A stretch of DNA of 64,000 nucleotides, from contig JBNJNM010000009.1 in assembly GCA_052426225.1 (NCBI GenBank), positions 124,001-188,000 of the forward strand, in the 5' to 3' direction. The position numbers and the translations under genes were made by a program. The notes beneath the pieces are model-generated. The model did not search any database. It worked only from the letters and a program-made list of their open reading frames with translations, and was not told the origin of the DNA. Source of the DNA: Zancudomyces culisetae HAW-14-8 (Eukaryota; Fungi; Kickxellomycota). Shown piece after piece: positions 61,864 through 64,000 of the stretch (within the stretch, counting starts at the first letter, position 1; each line of letters opens with the position of its first letter).

Positions 61864-61945
61864 CCGAGAATAGCTCAGCGGTAGAGCGGGAGACTGTAGT
61901 CAAACTGTTATCTCTAGGTCCCTGGTTCAAATCCGGGTTCTCGGA
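61864..61945 (+). tRNA. tRNA-Tyr (anticodon GTA) with a 10-nt intron (61900-61909)
   Basis: Acceptor CCGAGAA/TTCTCGG+A (C1-G72 and A73 are eukaryotic Tyr identity elements), D arm GCTC/GAGC, anticodon GTA at 61896-61898, intron after nt 37, T arm CCTGG-TTCAAAT-CCGGG, T-run terminator from about 61950. Confidence 0.96.
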
Positions 61946-62849
61946 TTACTTTTTATTTTTTTTTCAAATTATTCTTGTAGTGTAATAGTGTAGTATAACG
62001 CCTACATACTTTTTATCAAATTAAGTGACCGAGTTTGTCAGCAATACTCTGGCTACGTCCACTTATACAGTTTAATCTTCATACCGTTAAATAATATTTA
62101 TCACCATTTAACACTATCAATACAATGGTACCCTCTATACTACTTTAGTAAACATTTAGCTAAATATTTATTTCCCTTATTTCGTAAACTTCTTGTAGCT
62201 CCACTGATAAGTCTATTCTTGAACGTTTTTATTATATTTCTTTATATTATTATCGATGCCCGTGTTCTACTTAGCGGTTAGTTCTACTCTGAATTGTACA
62301 TGTCCTACCTTGCTCACCATCACAACTTCAATTCATTGTTATCTTCAACTTTTGACAAACTAGCGTATTAAACCACTGTAGTATAATGATACAGTTTAAT
62401 ATAGTGAATCAAGTTGTGGGAATGGTATGATTCTTTGATTTCTCTGAGGTATCTGACTCATCTAGTATATCTTTTTGTTGTAGTTTGTAAAATGAGTAGT
62501 GTACAACCATAATGATTGTTCGATGACTGGTAAAATATTATTATCTATTACCACTTAAAAAAAATCCTAAAACCCTAATCTTAGCGCGTAAATCTTTCAT
62601 GGTTTAAAGTTATATTTAATTGTTTAAATGTGGCCAATTACTGAATTTTGTGTAAGAGCTGGTGAATTACTAAATTGTCTACCCAAATCTAACGTGTATG
62701 AGGCTCTTTTTAAAGTTGGGACAAAAATAAACACAAAAATTAAATAGGATTGTTTTTTTAACTGTTTTAACATTTTTCAATGAAATAAATATTGCAAACC
62801 TAAATCATAGCATCATAAAGTAAACCCAATCGAGAAAAAAAGAGTAAAA

Positions 62850-64000
62850 ATGCCCATAGATAGCCGACCGGATTGTTATTTTTTTATGAATTCTAATTGT
62901 ATAAAGGGAAATCTATGTCAATTTCGGCACAACGAAAAGGCCAAAACCAGTAAAGAAGTATGCCAAGAATGGAGAACTACCAGGGTTTGCAATACACCAG
63001 GATGCGAGAGTAGACATTCTGCGTACGGGACCACAAACACGATTGGAACTACAGATAAGAGGAATAAAGGGGATATATTTTGTTATTGGGAAAAGAATGG
63101 AGGATGTCTAAATCCTGGATGCGAGTATAAGCATATATACCCACGAAATCAAAACGGGGCGCCGATCGCCATTGCAGAAAAAACTGCAACTACGGAAACT
63201 GCTCTTGATAAACAATCATTAAGTGGGAGTCTTGGTACAAACAAAATTGCTAGTACAAAACTAGATTTTGCACAAAAAGATAAAGTGATAAACCCGCTAT
63301 CGAATATTAACCCCAAGATGAATGTTACAAACATCAACAATCTAAATATCAAATCCAAATTGGATGTAGAAAACAAATCAGCAGTGCTAGAACCTAATAA
63401 AAACGTTATGGAGATTTTTGAAAGCCGACTGAAAGCGAGACTGATGAGCAACAGACCAAAGGTATCTGGCAGCATCGGACCCATTACGGAGGGTTCTATG
63501 TTTAAACCAAGTGGCAGTATTGCATCTGCTTTTAATAATACTGAAAATTCCACCAGTGCTAAAAAGGTCTTTGATGCCACCAGTCACGGCAATTTACTAG
63601 AATCCACCTCTAGTATCACTAATAACAATAGTAATGACAGAATTAGTGCCAAAATGGCTGACAGAAATATTCCTAACGCTGGAAGCGCTCCAGTATTGCA
63701 CAAGTCAACTGTATTTGGCCAGTACTCGGCTTCAGCAAAACACAGTTTCATTCCAACACCCAAAAATTTTGAAAAAACTAATCCAACGATCACTCTGAGT
63801 GGCACCGACACAAGTACCAGCATTGGTAAAAGTAGTATTGCTGGCAATAATAATATAGCCAACACAGCAATTAACGCGCAAAGCAAGCCAGGGTTTGAGA
63901 AAGCAGACGAGAAAAACAAAAAACAACCAATGATAAAAGTAAAAACACTCGCAGAGATTCTGGAAGAAAAACGCAAAAGGAAATCCGAAAGCGAAAGCTG
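62850..64000 (+). CDS. ZC3H11A-like triple-CCCH zinc finger protein, 3'-truncated by the window end (absent from the ORF track)
   Basis: Manual translation MPIDSRPDCYFFMNSNCIKGNLCQFRH..VCQEWRTTRVCNTPGCESRH..IFCYWEKNGGCLNPGCEYKH, and near the window end IKVKTLAEILEEKRKRK. This matches the ZC3H11A zinc-finger spacing. Confidence 0.85.
   Translation, partial: MPIDSRPDCYFFMNSNCIKGNLCQFRHNEKAKTSKEVCQEWRTTRVCNTPGCESRHSAYGTTNTIGTTDKRNKGDIFCYWEKNGGCLNPGCEYKHIYPRNQNGAPIAIAEKTATTETALDKQSLSGSLGTNKIASTKLDFAQKDKVINPLSNINPKMNVTNINNLNIKSKLDVENKSAVLEPNKNVMEIFESRLKARLMSNRPKVSGSIGPITEGSMFKPSGSIASAFNNTENSTSAKKVFDATSHGNLLESTSSITNNNSNDRISAKMADRNIPNAGSAPVLHKSTVFGQYSASAKHSFIPTPKNFEKTNPTITLSGTDTSTSIGKSSIAGNNNIANTAINAQSKPGFEKADEKNKKQPMIKVKTLAEILEEKRKRKSESES

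Noticed and set aside
63149-63976. Minus-strand hydrophobic ORFs (63149-63580, 63584-63976)
   Set aside because: They are antisense shadows of the plus-strand ZC3H11A-like frame.

Overview
AT-rich eukaryotic DNA with short GT-AG introns. It is most likely from an early-diverging fungus; the gene content and style suggest Zoopagomycota/Harpellales, which is inference. In order, the window holds: a 5'-truncated KRE6/SKN1-like gene, RNR2, two tandem ERG25-like sterol C4-methyl oxidases (one with an intron, one without), an SSO1-type syntaxin, tRNA-Arg(CCT), KRE33/NAT10, SAR1, SAM synthetase, and a secreted protein built from about 58 in-register octapeptides. Next come a 2399-aa three-exon chromatin-reader/amino-methyltransferase, an RTA1-like 7TM protein, a TPR-like protein, RPN9, a secreted Ser/Thr-rich protein, a CBM21 PP1-targeting subunit and a winged-helix + KilA-N/APSES protein. 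The window ends with a 3662-bp LTR retroelement, an intron-containing tRNA-Tyr(GTA) and a 3'-truncated ZC3H11A-like gene that the ORF track missed. The most unusual item is the LTR element (58199-61860). Its 762-bp LTRs look identical, and it has a 4-bp TSD that overlaps +1 of tRNA-Tyr, a tRNA-type PBS and a PPT. Its single Gag-protease ORF has no RT or integrase, starts inside the LTR and ends at the PPT. The LTR is tiled with about a dozen back-to-back RNA hairpins.
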